NCBI GenBank assembly: GCA_051382335.1
Contig: JBBCAX010000080.1
Location: 1 to 28,762 of the forward strand
Direction of reading: 5' to 3'
DNA length: 28,762 bases
Source of the DNA: Deltaproteobacteria bacterium TL4
GTDB lineage: Bacteria > SAR324 > NAC60-12
Below, in pieces: positions 27,802 through 28,762 of this stretch. The notes below the pieces were generated by a model. It worked only from the letters and a program-made list of their open reading frames with translations, was not told the origin of the DNA and did no database searches. A program made the position numbers and the translations under genes. Positions within the stretch are counted from its first letter, which is position 1. Every line of letters starts with the position of its first letter.

Positions 27802-28113
27802 TTAAGGGAACTGCTGTATAGTTCCACTTTGGTAAACATTGATATTCTCGGTGGTTTCAATAATCTTTTTTCTGCCTCCACCAGGATTTCGAATACGACT
27901 TTGCTCTGCCTCAGGGATCCGCCCTTTTAGTTCATCAAGACCGCGGTAAAGCGTTGATGAATGACAGCCTAGAATATTACAAATATAACTGACTCCTCCA
28001 TGGGGGAGTTTTTCGGACTCAATCGCTGCATAACGACGCTTATCTCGTTCAGAAAAATTATCGTAGGTCGCTTTCATCAATTCTTCGATTTTCTTCTCAT
28101 AAAATTGCTGCAT
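27802..28113 (-). pseudogene. Truncated ISAzo13-family transposase (N-terminal fragment)
   Basis: SERDKRRYAAIESEKLPHGGVSYIC...TLYRGLDEL...RIRNPGGGRKK matches my recollection of ISAzo13 N-termini. It stops after 103 aa with no DDE domain. ATG 28113 has a GGAGAG RBS. Confidence 0.85.
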
Positions 28114-28187
28114 CTTTTCTCTCCATTTCGGGTAAATGGGGAGATCATATCGCAATTCTACCACTTTCTTACAAAAGCGGGACATTG

Positions 28188-28211
28188 GTAGGCGGGGATT
28201 ACATGCCCCGT
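28188..28211 (+). repeat. Solo GTAG REP of the same family as 28665-28731
   Basis: GTAG-GCGGGG-ATTACATG-CCCCGT. Confidence 0.8.
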
Positions 28212-28668
28212 TTTTCTGATCGTTGAGGTTGCCGGACACGTAGTTCCGGCCGATGGCAAAGCCCCCCCAAAAACCAAAACCGCCTCAGACGCTGAATCCA
28301 AAACGTCGCTCAAAACCGATGCGGATTCCCCTTCCAGCAAAGCCAAGGAAGTTCAAGTCTATGCTGTCCCGTTTTCTTTCAATCTCACTGAGAAAATCAG
28401 CCTCGGCGCTACGGCTCCTTACCTCAAGGTCAAAAAGGTATCGGGTTGGGCAAACCCCACTGTAACGCTTCGATTCCTGGGGAAACCCTCCCCAAGTGTG
28501 CTGCTTCAAAGTTCCTTTGGAGCCAAACTTCCCAAAGGCGAGGAAAAGGTGGGTTCACGGAAAGTGGTGGATTACACCTGGAGTCAGGGTTTTGTCGTCA
28601 ATGCTGACCGTTCTCGTCTGATTTTCGCCTACGTGCTAGTACACTGTCAGCCTTTAAATTTGTGGTAG
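28192..28668 (+). pseudogene. Start-less internal fragment of a probable outer-membrane beta-barrel gene (SphA/phenol MetA-pathway-like)
   Basis: 158 stop-free codons reading ...VYAVPFSFNLTEKISLGATAPYLKVKKVSGWANPTVTLRF...FGAKLPKGEEKVGSRKVVDYTW...; bounded by a REP and a MITE; absent from the ORF track. Confidence 0.55.
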
Positions 28669-28762
28669 ATCGGGACTACGTGCCCGATAAAAACAACGTT
28701 CGCAAAAGCTGGGCATGTAATCCCAGCCTACCGAACCCGAAAAATAAAAGCTGACTATGTAC
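28639..28762. mobile_element. MITE-like element (shell E) with a GTAG REP doublet
   Basis: GTACACTGTCAGCCTTTA matches the reverse complement of the window end, GTACATAGTCAGCTTTTA, at 15/18. Inner GTAG-ATCGGG-ACTACGTG-CCCGAT ... GCTGGG-CATGTAAT-CCCAGC-CTAC (28665-28731). Confidence 0.85.

Overview
This is a bacterial window with mostly housekeeping and accessory genes. The genes are a sensor kinase with an NtrC-type sigma-54 regulator, a CYCxC (PCYCGC-type) protein, a dihaem cytochrome c4, a beta-barrel-like protein next to a GH5 lipoprotein, an enoyl-CoA hydratase, cysK, a TetR-MFP-RND-MATE efflux cluster, ydiJ, a histidine kinase with a CheY-like receiver, ahcY, a lipoprotein and 5-formyl-THF cyclo-ligase. 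The intergenic spaces are crowded with mobile-DNA debris. The most unusual signal is five unrelated miniature inverted-repeat (MITE-like) shells, each wrapped around a different GTAG- or GGAG-led REP doublet, some with compensatory stem changes. Other notable items are a relic of group IIC intron domain I, a shattered AAA-ATPase-like pseudogene with a perfect 103-bp tandem duplication, nested inverted element ends bracketing about 8.5 kb, a GH5 whose catalytic nucleophile Glu reads Ala, two paralogous small helical proteins, a truncated ISAzo13-like transposase, and a start-less beta-barrel pseudogene that the ORF track misses. All family assignments come from motif recognition by eye; no database searches were run.
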